Origin: Bacillota bacterium
GTDB lineage: Bacteria > Bacillota > Limnochordia > Darwinibacteriales > DTU012
DNA length: 64,000 bases
NCBI GenBank assembly: GCA_012521185.1
Contig: JAAYMV010000089.1
Span: 79,105-143,104 of the forward strand
Direction: 5' to 3'
Under the pieces are notes generated by a model. It saw only the letters and a list, made by a program, of their open reading frames with translations. It ran no database searches and was not told the DNA's origin. Positions 51,370 to 60,436 of the stretch are shown piece by piece (position 1 is the stretch's first letter; every line of letters begins with the position of its first letter). The translations under genes and the position numbers were made by a program.

Positions 51370-51398
51370 AGTATAAAGAAGAATGATCAAAATGTAAA
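51370..51398 (-). promoter_or_regulatory. Sigma-A-type promoter of the fapR-plsX-fab operon
   Basis: Minus strand TTTACA (51398-51393), a 17 nt spacer and TATACT (51375-51370). Confidence 0.65.
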
Positions 51399-51407
51399 GT
51401 CCTATTT

Positions 51408-51445
51408 AGAAAAAAAGATGATAGAGAATGTATTCTCTATCATCT
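51408..51445 (-). terminator. Intrinsic terminator after rpmF
   Basis: Minus strand AGAUGAUAGAGA-AUACAU-UCUCUAUCAUCU (12 bp) followed by UUUUUU. Confidence 0.85.
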
Positions 51446-51465
51446 TATCTACAAAATATGAAAAA

Positions 51466-51651
51466 TTATTCAGCTACTTTAACATCTACCACTTTACGAC
51501 CTTTGTAATAGCCACAATTGGAACAAACTCGGTGTGGTAATCGAGGTTCATGGCATTGCGGACAAGTTGTGTTTTGTACCGCAGTTAATTTCCATTGTGA
51601 ACGACGAGTACGAGTTCTAGCTTTAGAATGTCTTCTCTTTGGTACTGCCAT
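51466..51651 (-). CDS. rpmF: 50S ribosomal protein L32 (Cys4 zinc form)
   Basis: 61 aa (MAVPKRRHSKARTRTRRSQWKL...CPQC...CSNCGYY). Confidence 0.98.
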   Translation of the reverse strand: MAVPKRRHSKARTRTRRSQWKLTAVQNTTCPQCHEPRLPHRVCSNCGYYKGRKVVDVKVAE

Positions 51652-51675
51652 ATCTAATACTCCTCCTCTCTGGTG

Positions 51676-52203
51676 CTATTGTTTCTTAAACAAGTCAGCC
51701 AATGGAGCTAAGCGAAGATCTGGCTTATCAATTTCACACTGACATGTTTTCTCATTTAAAACCTGTCCACATTCGGGACAGATTCCTTGACATTTTTCCT
51801 GACAAGTAGCTTTCATTGGAATGGCCAACAAAATTGACTCCTCAATTAAACCAGAAATATCCAAAACATTTCCCCGTAAAATAATATTCGGTTCGTTTAA
51901 CAACTCATCTAGTTCATTTTCTGCTGGCTCTTTCCAATTAGGCAGATACTCATCACCAATTCTTGCTGCTAATTGATACTTAAATGATGTTAAACATCGG
52001 TTGCAAATTAGCTGTAATTCTATCTGGAATTCACCTTGGACTAAAAATCCCTTATCTGTTTTCGTGATAGTCACTTCAACACTGAGGGGTGAATTAACTC
52101 CTTCGATTCCAGGTAATTCAGCTAAGTCTGGTTTGCGTAAATCCTCAGAAACAACAATAAAATCTCCATCGTCTTTAAGACCAGCTATGTTTATTTGCAT
52201 CAT
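51676..52203 (-). CDS. yceD: YceD/YlbN family (DUF177) 23S rRNA accumulation protein
   Basis: It has the C-terminal Cys cluster (CQEKCQGICPECGQVLNEKTCQC) and the conserved position upstream of rpmF. The start is ATG 52203 or 52200, after GAGGTG. Confidence 0.9.
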   Translation of the reverse strand: MMQINIAGLKDDGDFIVVSEDLRKPDLAELPGIEGVNSPLSVEVTITKTDKGFLVQGEFQIELQLICNRCLTSFKYQLAARIGDEYLPNWKEPAENELDELLNEPNIILRGNVLDISGLIEESILLAIPMKATCQEKCQGICPECGQVLNEKTCQCEIDKPDLRLAPLADLFKKQ

Positions 52204-52210
52204 GTTCACC

Positions 52211-52870
52211 TCATAAATTATACAAAGATTGTCTGTTAGTGTCAAGTAAAAAGCTTAACGCCTCAGAAAAGCTAGTTACTGACACCACTAACATTTCAGT
52301 TTCAATAGATTTAGCCTGAGCCAAATTATCCGGATGAACAAAAAACACATCAATCTGATGCTGATTAGCAGCTAGGATCTTTTGCTTAATACCTAAAACT
52401 GGTTGAACAAATCCTTCATTCGTTAGTGTACCACTACCTGAAATCCTTAGTCCTCGGGCTATATTTTGCCCGGTCATTTGCTCATAGAAAGCTAAGGCTA
52501 ACAATAATCCGCCTGAGTTGCCCTGCACCGCCTCTGGCACAGCTAATTGCTGTTCATCTGTATCGTTTTTTAAATAACGATTTACAACAGCGTAGGCAAT
52601 ATTTTGGCTTTCATTAAAGTCTCCAATTTGCTCTAAATAACCAGTAGGATTATAAATTAAATCTGCTTCTGGCGCAAAAATAGCATATAAAGCTCGCCAC
52701 AGATTAGCTGCTCCGATTGCTGCTGTTGATAAATAGAACCCCTCTGTATCATTTCTACCAAGGGAAATTACGTCACCAGGTAAACAAACTAAAAAAGATT
52801 TTGTTAAAAAAAGATTAAATAAGACCAAAAATAAAATCAATGACAAAAGCCGATTGACTGTCTTACTCAT
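52211..52870 (-). CDS. YlbL-like Lon-type (S16) serine protease domain protein lacking the PDZ domain
   Basis: About 219 aa with an N-terminal TM helix. GNSGGLLLALAFYEQMTG (Ser) and ISGSGTLTNEGFVQPVLGIKQK (Lys) match the YlbL/Lon catalytic dyad context. It lies at the ylbL position. The start follows GAGG with 8 nt spacing. Confidence 0.7.
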   Translation of the reverse strand: MSKTVNRLLSLILFLVLFNLFLTKSFLVCLPGDVISLGRNDTEGFYLSTAAIGAANLWRALYAIFAPEADLIYNPTGYLEQIGDFNESQNIAYAVVNRYLKNDTDEQQLAVPEAVQGNSGGLLLALAFYEQMTGQNIARGLRISGSGTLTNEGFVQPVLGIKQKILAANQHQIDVFFVHPDNLAQAKSIETEMLVVSVTSFSEALSFLLDTNRQSLYNL

Positions 52871-52947
52871 AGCTATAACCTCAATACTCTCTCGCATAAA
52901 CAAAATTGTAGCTCAATATAATTATACAAGATTATGGAGGGATGATT

Positions 52948-54138
52948 ATGGTAAGAAGTGTGATAACTAATGCAAGAATATATTTACCTGCCTTTATTGG
53001 GTTAACTCTATCCTTAATGATTCTGTTTAACCCACAAATAGCATTAACTGCATCTAGACAAGGATTGCAATCTTGGTTAACGATTGTGTTGCCCGCCTTA
53101 TTACCCTTTTTTGTAATGGCAGAACTCTTAATGGGACTTGGTTTAGTTAACTTTCTTGGTGTCTTGTTAGAACCAATTATGAAAAAAGTATTTAAATTAC
53201 CAGGTACTGGCGGCTTCGTAGTGGCAATGAGTCTCTCTTCAGGGTTTCCCATCGGGGCTAAAATTACCGGTCAACTCCGCCGTGAAAAACTAATCACCAA
53301 AACTGAAGCAGAACGATTAATTTGTTTTGCCAACACAGCCGATCCTTTATACATGGTTGGAGCAGTTGCTGTCGGCATGTTTGGTATGCCTGATTTAGCA
53401 ATTAGCTTTTTACTAGCACACTATATTGGTATTATTATCGTCGGATTGATTATGCGCTGTCATCAAGGTGAAGAAAGCCCAGAAATTCCTAGTCAAACTC
53501 CATCTTTAACTAGAGCCTTTACCCGTTTAGCAGCTAGTAAAAGCCCAAAGAAATTTGGCACCTTATTTAGCGAAGCAGTCAAAAATGCTTTTAATTCTAT
53601 GTTATTTATTGGTGGTTGTATTATGATTTTTTCTGTCTTAGTTCAAATCTTAACAACCACAGGTGTAATTCAAGTATTAACAACCATATTAACCCCGCTG
53701 TTAAGCATGTTTGGACTAAATCAAGAAATCATAACCAGTCTAGTTAGCGGAATATTTGAAATCACTATCGGTACCCAATCAGCCAGTCTAACATCGGCAT
53801 CATTAGCCCAAAAAGCCTTTGCCGCTAGCTGGATCATGGCTTGGAATGGGTTATCAGTACATAGTCAAGTAGCCGCTATGCTGTACGATACCGACATAAG
53901 TATGAAACCATTTGTATTTGCTAGATTCATTCATGCTTCAATTGCTGGAATACTTACTGTGATTTTCATAAAACAGGCCAAACCAGTTATTGCTAGTCCC
54001 TTCTCGCTAATTCAGCCTACATTTCTAACTAGGCTCTGGCTCTCAACAAAACTATCATTAGTCATATTAGGTATCATTTTAATCATTGCCCTAGTACTTA
54101 AACTGTACCAGCGCATTATTCTACTCTGGATTCGCTAA
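52948..54138 (+). CDS. ylbJ: Sporulation integral membrane protein YlbJ (nucleoside-recognition/Gate domains)
   Basis: About 396 aa polytopic membrane protein at the ylbJ position. The start is the ATG at 52948, 6 nt after GGAGGG; the track start at 52942 abuts the SD. Confidence 0.85.
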   Translation: MVRSVITNARIYLPAFIGLTLSLMILFNPQIALTASRQGLQSWLTIVLPALLPFFVMAELLMGLGLVNFLGVLLEPIMKKVFKLPGTGGFVVAMSLSSGFPIGAKITGQLRREKLITKTEAERLICFANTADPLYMVGAVAVGMFGMPDLAISFLLAHYIGIIIVGLIMRCHQGEESPEIPSQTPSLTRAFTRLAASKSPKKFGTLFSEAVKNAFNSMLFIGGCIMIFSVLVQILTTTGVIQVLTTILTPLLSMFGLNQEIITSLVSGIFEITIGTQSASLTSASLAQKAFAASWIMAWNGLSVHSQVAAMLYDTDISMKPFVFARFIHASIAGILTVIFIKQAKPVIASPFSLIQPTFLTRLWLSTKLSLVILGIILIIALVLKLYQRIILLWIR

Positions 54139-54614
54139 CTTGATTTACCTAATTCATCCTTGCTCAAGAGAACTTTGCCATTTGTAACCACAGTCAAAGT
54201 TTTCTGCAATTGTTCTTCTAGCTCGGATAGAACATTTTTAGCATACTCATTGGAATGAAGTTTTAATTCTTCCGCCTTTTCATGAGCTTCCTCCAAGATT
54301 TTCTTGGCCTCAGCCTGAGCCTGTTTATAAATTTCACTATCTTTTATATATTTAACTGCTTCTTTTTTAGCATCACTGATAATTTTTTCAGCTTGTTGTC
54401 GGGCATCTTGGAGCATCCGTTCTTTTTCTATAGAGACAATCTCGGCTCTTTTTACTTCTTCTGGAACTGCATTACGGATTCTTTCTAACAAATCTAATAC
54501 CTCATCTGCATCCAACAATACTCGGCCAGTTAGAGGAATTTCCGGTGCCTGTTCAATAAGATCCTCTAATTTATCCAATAGGATAATCAAGTTGATCCGG
54601 TTCAACCTCTCCAC
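54135..54614 (-). CDS. Coiled-coil protein of unknown function (E/K/A-rich, ATP-synthase-b-like composition)
   Basis: 159 aa between coaD and the convergent ylbJ. The start is uncertain (GTG 54614 or TTG 54605). No catalytic motif is visible. Confidence 0.6.
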   Translation of the reverse strand: MERLNRINLIILLDKLEDLIEQAPEIPLTGRVLLDADEVLDLLERIRNAVPEEVKRAEIVSIEKERMLQDARQQAEKIISDAKKEAVKYIKDSEIYKQAQAEAKKILEEAHEKAEELKLHSNEYAKNVLSELEEQLQKTLTVVTNGKVLLSKDELGKSS

Positions 54615-54617
54615 CCC

Positions 54618-55100
54618 CTATTTGGAACGGTATTTAGCATACAGCTGCTCAGCTGTGCTTGGAGTGACCCATTTATAAACATCTCCACCTAGACTAGCAA
54701 CTTCTTTAACGGATGATGAACTAATAAATGAATATTCACTGCTAGTCATCATAAAGACTGTTTCAATGCTAGGCTCTAAATTCCGATTCATAGCCGCTAA
54801 TTTAAATTCAAATTCAAAATCCGTTACTGCCCTTAAACCACGTACAATAGCTATGGCACCTTTTTTTCTAGCATACTCTACTACTAAGCCATCATAGCAA
54901 TCGACAGTAATATTAGGTAAATCTTTAACGGCATCTTCTAATAATTTAACACGTTCTTCCACTGTAAATAATGCTCTTTTATCTGGATTATTTAAAACAG
55001 TTACATAAACATGATCAAAAAGAGCACTTGCTCGTTTAAAAATATCTATATGACCATAGGTAACGGGATCAAAACTTCCAGGACATACGCTAATCTTCAC
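54618..55100 (-). CDS. coaD: Phosphopantetheine adenylyltransferase
   Basis: It begins VKISVCPGSFDPVTYGHIDIF. The start is the GTG at 55100, 6 nt after AAGGAGG, and overlaps the rsmD 3' end. Confidence 0.96.
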   Translation of the reverse strand: MKISVCPGSFDPVTYGHIDIFKRASALFDHVYVTVLNNPDKRALFTVEERVKLLEDAVKDLPNITVDCYDGLVVEYARKKGAIAIVRGLRAVTDFEFEFKLAAMNRNLEPSIETVFMMTSSEYSFISSSSVKEVASLGGDVYKWVTPSTAEQLYAKYRSK

Positions 55101-55653
55101 TAGACTCCTCCTTATAGCGATAAAAAGATAGATTTGTATCACTATATTGTTCGGTTCTCACTGAATTAAAATTCAACACAGATGGTTTAATTTCCTCTTT
55201 TCTTCCATGTTCTACAACTATTAACCCATTTTCAGCCAGCAGCCAATTGATACTGATCTTCTCCAAAACGGGAAGAATCACACCTTGATTATAAGGTGGA
55301 TCCAAAAAGATTATATCGAAGCGCCTTTGCTTTCGGCCAAGAATATCTAAAGCACTAAATACATCTCGAACATAAACCTCACCCTGTAATTTGGTCTTAG
55401 CCAGATTTGCTTTAATAACTTCACCACATTTTTTATGATGATCAATAAAAACTACTTCCTTAGCACCCCGGCTAAGGGCCTCGATTCCGATACCGCCACT
55501 ACCTGCAAACAAATCTAAGAAACTAGCATCAACTACCTGTTGACCTAAAATATTGAACAATGACTCTTTAACTCGATCAGTAGTCGGCCTTGTTTTTAAA
55601 CCAGGTACGCTGGTTAAGCGATGGCCTTTAGCTGCACCGGCGATAACTCGCAT
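55090..55653 (-). CDS. rsmD: 16S rRNA (guanine966-N2)-methyltransferase RsmD (YlbH)
   Basis: It begins MRVIAGAAKGHRLTSVPGLKTRPTTDRVKESLFNIL and contains DLFAGSGGIGIEALSRGA and FLDPPY. The start is the ATG at 55653, 7 nt after GGAGG. The track ORF over-extends through the leader. Confidence 0.95.
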   Translation of the reverse strand: MRVIAGAAKGHRLTSVPGLKTRPTTDRVKESLFNILGQQVVDASFLDLFAGSGGIGIEALSRGAKEVVFIDHHKKCGEVIKANLAKTKLQGEVYVRDVFSALDILGRKQRRFDIIFLDPPYNQGVILPVLEKISINWLLAENGLIVVEHGRKEEIKPSVLNFNSVRTEQYSDTNLSFYRYKEESSED

Positions 55654-55824
55654 GACAATACCTCCAAAGCTTGGTAAAAAATACCATTTTTTGTCCTGTA
55701 TATTTCTGGTTATTTGCCACATAATAGCAACGAAGAGATTGACCCTCCCCAAAAGGCACAGGAAGTAGCGACCAGCTCTTTGGTCAGCTTCCTCCGGTTT
55801 CTCCTCTCCCACAGGCAATAGCTA
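55654..55824 (-). promoter_or_regulatory. Structured 5' leader of rsmD (candidate ylbH-leader RNA motif) and/or recG terminator
   Basis: A 170 nt gap in an otherwise tightly packed operon. The minus-strand hairpin GGAAG-C-UGACCA-AAGAGC-UGGUCG-CUA-CUUCC (55792-55761, G-U wobble only valid on the minus strand) is followed by UGUGCCUUUU. The position matches the ylbH leader described upstream of ylbH/rsmD in low-GC Gram-positives; I cannot recall the consensus well enough to confirm. Confidence 0.4.
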
Positions 55825-57831
55825 TTAAGGCTGTTGCCTTTTTACTTCTGCCAATAAAGTTGGATACTTTTTTAATGTGGGATCTTCACTTAATAATTTT
55901 CGGGCAGCTTGAGCTGCCTGCTCCAATAAAGGCTGATCTTCAATTAAATCAGCTAATTTAAACCATGGTTCCCCAGATTGCCGAGTGCCTAACAAATCCC
56001 CTGGTCCTCTTATTTTCAAGTCTTCTTCAGCGATTTTTAAACCGTCATTTATAGTGCGGATTACATTAACCCGCCGTTTAGCTTGCTCTGTTTTGGGATC
56101 GGCTATCAAGAAACAATAAGCTTGCTTATCCGAACGACCGACTCTTCCGCGTAATTGGTGTAATTGAGCCAAACCAAAGCGGTCAGCATTTTCAATAATC
56201 ATCACTGTAGCATTAGGGACATCCATTCCAACTTCAACAACAGTAGTCGCCAGCAACACATCTATTTCTCCACGATAAAAATCCTCCATAATCCGATCCT
56301 TTTCCTTACCCATTTGACCGTGAACTAATCCAACTCGCACTTCTGCCAGTTGATTCTTGGATAATAGCTCCATTTCTTGGATGGCTGCCTTCGCCTCTAG
56401 TTTTTCAGATTCCTCAACTAAAGGAAAGACAATAAACCCTTGTTCTCCTTCTTTAACCCGTTGAACTAAAAAGCGAAAAACATCATCTCTCCTACTAGGA
56501 TGAATTAATCGAGTATCAACCTGTTTACGACCTGCTGGCAAATCGGTAATTAAGGTGGTATTTAAATCCCCATAAATAGTTAATGCTAATGAACGAGGAA
56601 TCGGTGTAGCACTCATCACCATTAAATCTGCATTACCTTTATCGCTTAAGGCAACTCTTTGCCGTACCCCAAACCGATGTTGTTCATCAACAATGGCTAA
56701 TGTTAGATTGGCAAACTTAACATTATCAGAAATTAAAGCATGAGTACCAACTACCAACGGTATTTCACCAGAGGCTAAACCAGCTAAAATCTGCTGCTGT
56801 TGTTTAGGAGTAAGAGCGCCAACTAATAAGGCAATCTCTATTCCTAATGCTGAAAAAGTTTTATTTAGCCGAGTATACATTTGACGAGCTAAAACCTCTG
56901 TTGGTACCATCACTGCTACTTGTCCACCAGAGTCTATCGCTTTGACACTAGCATATTCAGCAATAACTGTTTTGCCTGAACCAACATCACCTTGAATTAA
57001 ACGCCGCATCTGTTTTGGACTTTCCATATCAGCTCGTACATCTCTAATGGCAGCTTCTTGACCTTTAGTCAAAGTAAAGGGCAAATTTGCGAAATATTGT
57101 TTGGTTAACGGTCCATCAGGTTGATGGACAACAAACTCTTTGTTCTCAGCCAAAACTCCTAAACTAATGTGAAAGAGAAAAAACTCTTCAAATACTAAAC
57201 GAGTCCGGGCTTCCGCTAATTGTTGATGATTAGCTGGAAAATGAATAGTTTTTAATGCTTGATGACGATCCATATACTTACTGGCAATTTCTCTTGGCAA
57301 ACATTCAGATATTTGATCTAAACGTTTTAAAGCAAATTTAATCCAGTTTAATCGCATGCTATTAGTAATTCCGGATACCAAAGGATAAACTGGTACTAAA
57401 CCAAGCCGCTTTGGCTGCTTTAAATGAAATTCACCGCTAGCAATTTCTAAACCGTAAAAGCCTTCTTTTACCTGACCATAAACCCACAATTCTTTGGCTT
57501 TTTGCAACTGACGGTATTGATAACTAAAACCAGGACGATAGACTGTTGTAAACCAACTGACAACCAGAAAGCCACCTTCACCCACTAAACGACCAGTAAT
57601 CACCCTCCGATTGCGACTTAACTGCTTTTCATGTAAATTTAGCAGCTGCCCATGATACAGCCCTGTTTGACCAAGTTCAGCTTCTCGTGGAGTTAACACT
57701 TTTGAGTAATCCTTATAAGTACGAGGGTAACTGAATAAAACATCTTGAACTGTATAAAGATCAAGTTTTTCTAAGAGTTTTGCTCTTGCTTTACCAACAC
57801 CAGGCAAAACAGTAATTGGCTCTGTAAGCAT
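55825..57831 (-). CDS. recG: ATP-dependent DNA helicase RecG
   Basis: 668 aa with a wedge domain and SF2 helicase motifs (GDVGSGKT, DEQHRFG). Confidence 0.97.
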   Translation of the reverse strand: MLTEPITVLPGVGKARAKLLEKLDLYTVQDVLFSYPRTYKDYSKVLTPREAELGQTGLYHGQLLNLHEKQLSRNRRVITGRLVGEGGFLVVSWFTTVYRPGFSYQYRQLQKAKELWVYGQVKEGFYGLEIASGEFHLKQPKRLGLVPVYPLVSGITNSMRLNWIKFALKRLDQISECLPREIASKYMDRHQALKTIHFPANHQQLAEARTRLVFEEFFLFHISLGVLAENKEFVVHQPDGPLTKQYFANLPFTLTKGQEAAIRDVRADMESPKQMRRLIQGDVGSGKTVIAEYASVKAIDSGGQVAVMVPTEVLARQMYTRLNKTFSALGIEIALLVGALTPKQQQQILAGLASGEIPLVVGTHALISDNVKFANLTLAIVDEQHRFGVRQRVALSDKGNADLMVMSATPIPRSLALTIYGDLNTTLITDLPAGRKQVDTRLIHPSRRDDVFRFLVQRVKEGEQGFIVFPLVEESEKLEAKAAIQEMELLSKNQLAEVRVGLVHGQMGKEKDRIMEDFYRGEIDVLLATTVVEVGMDVPNATVMIIENADRFGLAQLHQLRGRVGRSDKQAYCFLIADPKTEQAKRRVNVIRTINDGLKIAEEDLKIRGPGDLLGTRQSGEPWFKLADLIEDQPLLEQAAQAARKLLSEDPTLKKYPTLLAEVKRQQP

Positions 57832-57852
57832 AACCCGTCCTCCAATAACATA

Positions 57853-57876
57853 ATCCCCTGGGACAACCCAGGGGAT
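57853..57876 (-). other. 10-bp GC-rich stem-loop between degV and recG (weak terminator/attenuator)
   Basis: AUCCCCUGGG-UUGU-CCCAGGGGAU followed by UAUGUUAUU, then the recG RBS. Confidence 0.45.
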
Positions 57877-57888
57877 AGATGTACTCTA

Positions 57889-58749
57889 CTAATCTGTTTC
57901 CGGATAAAATAACAATGCGATAGTACCTTGACCGACATGAACACCAATTGTTGGTCCAATATATGATATGATTAAATCCTTGATATTCAAGTCGGATTGT
58001 AAAGCTTCAACTAATTTTTCTGCTTCAGCTTTACAATCTGCATGAGTAACCCCTACTCGTAAAGGACGATTAGGATGTTCCGCTGCATAATCTTTTATTA
58101 AATCATGGATCCGCTTTAAAGATTTAGCTTTACCACGAACCTTGTCAAAAGGAGTTACAATCCCATCTTTCAAGGTTAAAATTGGTTTAATGTTTAATAA
58201 TGAGCCAACCAAAGCTTGTGCGGCACCAATTCGTCCATTTTTCTTTAAGTTATCGACGGTGTCAACCACAAAGTAGACGCCTAGCTCTTCGATAACTCTT
58301 TCTCCTTCAGCGACAGCTTCTTCTTTGCTTGCACCGTTTTGCACCGCTTCCGCTATAGCCACAGCCACTAAGCCAATTCCCATAGACGCAGATTTGGTAT
58401 CAATTGCAATAACCTCGATTTCCTGATTGATCATCGTAGAGGCTAATACAGCCGATTGATAAGTGCCGCTTAAGTTACTACTTAAGTGAACCGAAATGAT
58501 TGTATCGCCCGGCTCAGCAATTTCTTCATAACACTTTACAAAATCAGCAGGAGAAGGTTGACAAGTGCTCGGCAAATTTGCTTCGGTAGCTAATCTTTGA
58601 TAAAAATCTTCTACACTTAAGTCAACACCATCACGATATATCTCATCGCCAAACTGTATTGTTAGTGGAACTACGTGGATGTTGTACTTGTCTCTAATAA
58701 TTTTTGGCAAATCACTACCACTGTCAGTTACCACATGAATTCTTGCCAT
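57889..58749 (-). CDS. DegV family fatty-acid-binding protein (FakB-like)
   Basis: 286 aa (IHVVTDSGSDLP...). It is adjacent to the Dak2-domain protein, as in fatty acid kinase systems. Confidence 0.92.
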   Translation of the reverse strand: MARIHVVTDSGSDLPKIIRDKYNIHVVPLTIQFGDEIYRDGVDLSVEDFYQRLATEANLPSTCQPSPADFVKCYEEIAEPGDTIISVHLSSNLSGTYQSAVLASTMINQEIEVIAIDTKSASMGIGLVAVAIAEAVQNGASKEEAVAEGERVIEELGVYFVVDTVDNLKKNGRIGAAQALVGSLLNIKPILTLKDGIVTPFDKVRGKAKSLKRIHDLIKDYAAEHPNRPLRVGVTHADCKAEAEKLVEALQSDLNIKDLIISYIGPTIGVHVGQGTIALLFYPETD

Positions 58750-58770
58750 CGAGTAATTACCCTCCTAGAG

Positions 58771-60420
58771 TTATTCTACCGACATAATATAGTAATATAA
58801 GGGTTGATCTCCTTTGTGCATTTCCACGTCGCAGTCAGGAAAACTCTCTTCAACAGTTGCTCTGAATTCTTCAGCATCGGCTAAATCTTGGTTATCGCCT
58901 ACATAGATACTGATCACTGAAGAATCTTCGTCTACTAATTCTTCCAGCAACATCAGAGCCACTTCATTAACAGATTTGCCGGCAACAGCAATCTTTCCTT
59001 CTGCTAAACCGATAATATCATGTTCTTCAATTTCCAGATCCCCTGCTTTTGTTGTTCGAACTGCATATGTAACTTCACCAGTTTTAACCTCTTCCATGGC
59101 GCTTTCCATAGCAGCTAAATTCTCTTCTAGATCAAGATGCAGGCCAAAACCCATTAATGCACCGATTCCTTGAGGAACACTACGTGTAGGAACTACTTCA
59201 ACCGGACGATCAACTAATTCCTTTACTTGCTGAGCTGCAAAAATTACATTTTTATTGTTTGGCAAAATAATGACAGCATCAGCGTTTACCTCTTCAACTG
59301 CATTTACCAGTTCCTCAGTACTAGGATTCATGGTTTGACCACCAGTTACGATCTTATCCACACCTAAACTCATAAATATTTCAGCTAGTCCAGCTCCTGG
59401 TACTACTGCTACTAAACCAATTGGTTTTTTCTCAGCTGGAACTGGTGGAACTGTTGGAGCATTAGGGAAAACTAATACATTTTCATTTTCAGTAATGCTC
59501 TCGTTTTGCAACAACATATTGTCAATCGCTATTTCAGTCACATTTCCCAGCCCAGTACAGTAATCTAAAACTTTTCCAGGGCGATCAGTGTGAATATGAA
59601 CTTTAACAACATCACTATCACCAACCACTAGCATGGATTCACCTAATGGTTGGAGGGTAGCGCGAATTTCTTCTTGGTCTAGGTTCGAACCTTTAATAAT
59701 AAACTCAGTACAATATTTATTAACCAAATCTCCTTCAATTCTACTAATACCTTCTTTGACAGGTGTAGCACTAGTTACGATTTGTACAGGAGAAACTTCA
59801 ATAATTTCCCCTTTTAATGCTTTAAAGGCACCTTCGAAAACAACCATTAAGCCTTCTCCGCCTGCATCAACTACACCAGCTTGCTTTAGGATTGGCAAAA
59901 TATTTGGTGTATTAGCTAATGATTTACGACCTGCTTCAACAGCAAGTGCCCACACTTCAATCGGTGTTAACTCTTGCTCCGCAGTTGCTTCTAAACAAGC
60001 AGCTGCCAATTCCCGACCGACAGTTAACATGGTACCTTCTACTGGCTTCATTACAGCTTTATAAGTAGTTTGTGAAGCCATATCAAAGGCTTCTGCTAAT
60101 TGTCTACCTGTAGCTTCGGTTAAATTGGCCAAACCATCGCTAAATCCCCTAAAAAACTGAGATAAGATCACACCGCTATTTCCTCGTGCTCCCATTAAAG
60201 AACCACGGGCAATGGCACTTGCTACAGTAGAAATTTTATCGTCGGCAAGATTATCCAACTCACGAATTGCCGTAGAAAGAGTTAAAGCCATATTGGTACC
60301 GGTATCCCCGTCAGGAACTGGAAACACATTTAACGCGTCTACCTTGTCTTTAGATTCATTTAAATACTGTGCCGCCACAGTAATAATTCTTTTTAAATCT
60401 ATTCCAGTTAATACTTGCAA
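58771..60420 (-). CDS. fakA: DAK2-domain protein YloV / fatty acid kinase FakA-like
   Basis: 549 aa with the N-terminal Dak2 motif (FPVPDGDTGTNM), in the yloU-yloV order. Confidence 0.88.
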   Translation of the reverse strand: MQVLTGIDLKRIITVAAQYLNESKDKVDALNVFPVPDGDTGTNMALTLSTAIRELDNLADDKISTVASAIARGSLMGARGNSGVILSQFFRGFSDGLANLTEATGRQLAEAFDMASQTTYKAVMKPVEGTMLTVGRELAAACLEATAEQELTPIEVWALAVEAGRKSLANTPNILPILKQAGVVDAGGEGLMVVFEGAFKALKGEIIEVSPVQIVTSATPVKEGISRIEGDLVNKYCTEFIIKGSNLDQEEIRATLQPLGESMLVVGDSDVVKVHIHTDRPGKVLDYCTGLGNVTEIAIDNMLLQNESITENENVLVFPNAPTVPPVPAEKKPIGLVAVVPGAGLAEIFMSLGVDKIVTGGQTMNPSTEELVNAVEEVNADAVIILPNNKNVIFAAQQVKELVDRPVEVVPTRSVPQGIGALMGFGLHLDLEENLAAMESAMEEVKTGEVTYAVRTTKAGDLEIEEHDIIGLAEGKIAVAGKSVNEVALMLLEELVDEDSSVISIYVGDNQDLADAEEFRATVEESFPDCDVEMHKGDQPLYYYIMSVE

Positions 60421-60436
60421 TGATCTTTCCTCCCAA

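Noticed and set aside
52932-53252. A 106-aa minus-strand ORF overlapping the 5' end of ylbJ.
   Set aside because: It is antisense to a well-supported membrane protein gene, and it is basic and low-complexity, so it is a shadow ORF.
55654-55818. An N-terminal extension of rsmD (the track ORF starts at 55818). Similar extensions appear for hslU, trmFO, topA, ylxM, fapR, coaD, rplS, rbgA, smc, fabD, dac, yceD, thiT and flgE.
   Set aside because: The extensions have no homology-like sequence, overlap upstream genes or promoters, and conserved N-termini with good SD spacing occur at internal start codons.
57771-57959. A 62-aa ORF spanning the degV-recG junction.
   Set aside because: It overlaps the coding ends of both conserved genes and contains the intergenic hairpin. 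It has no RBS.
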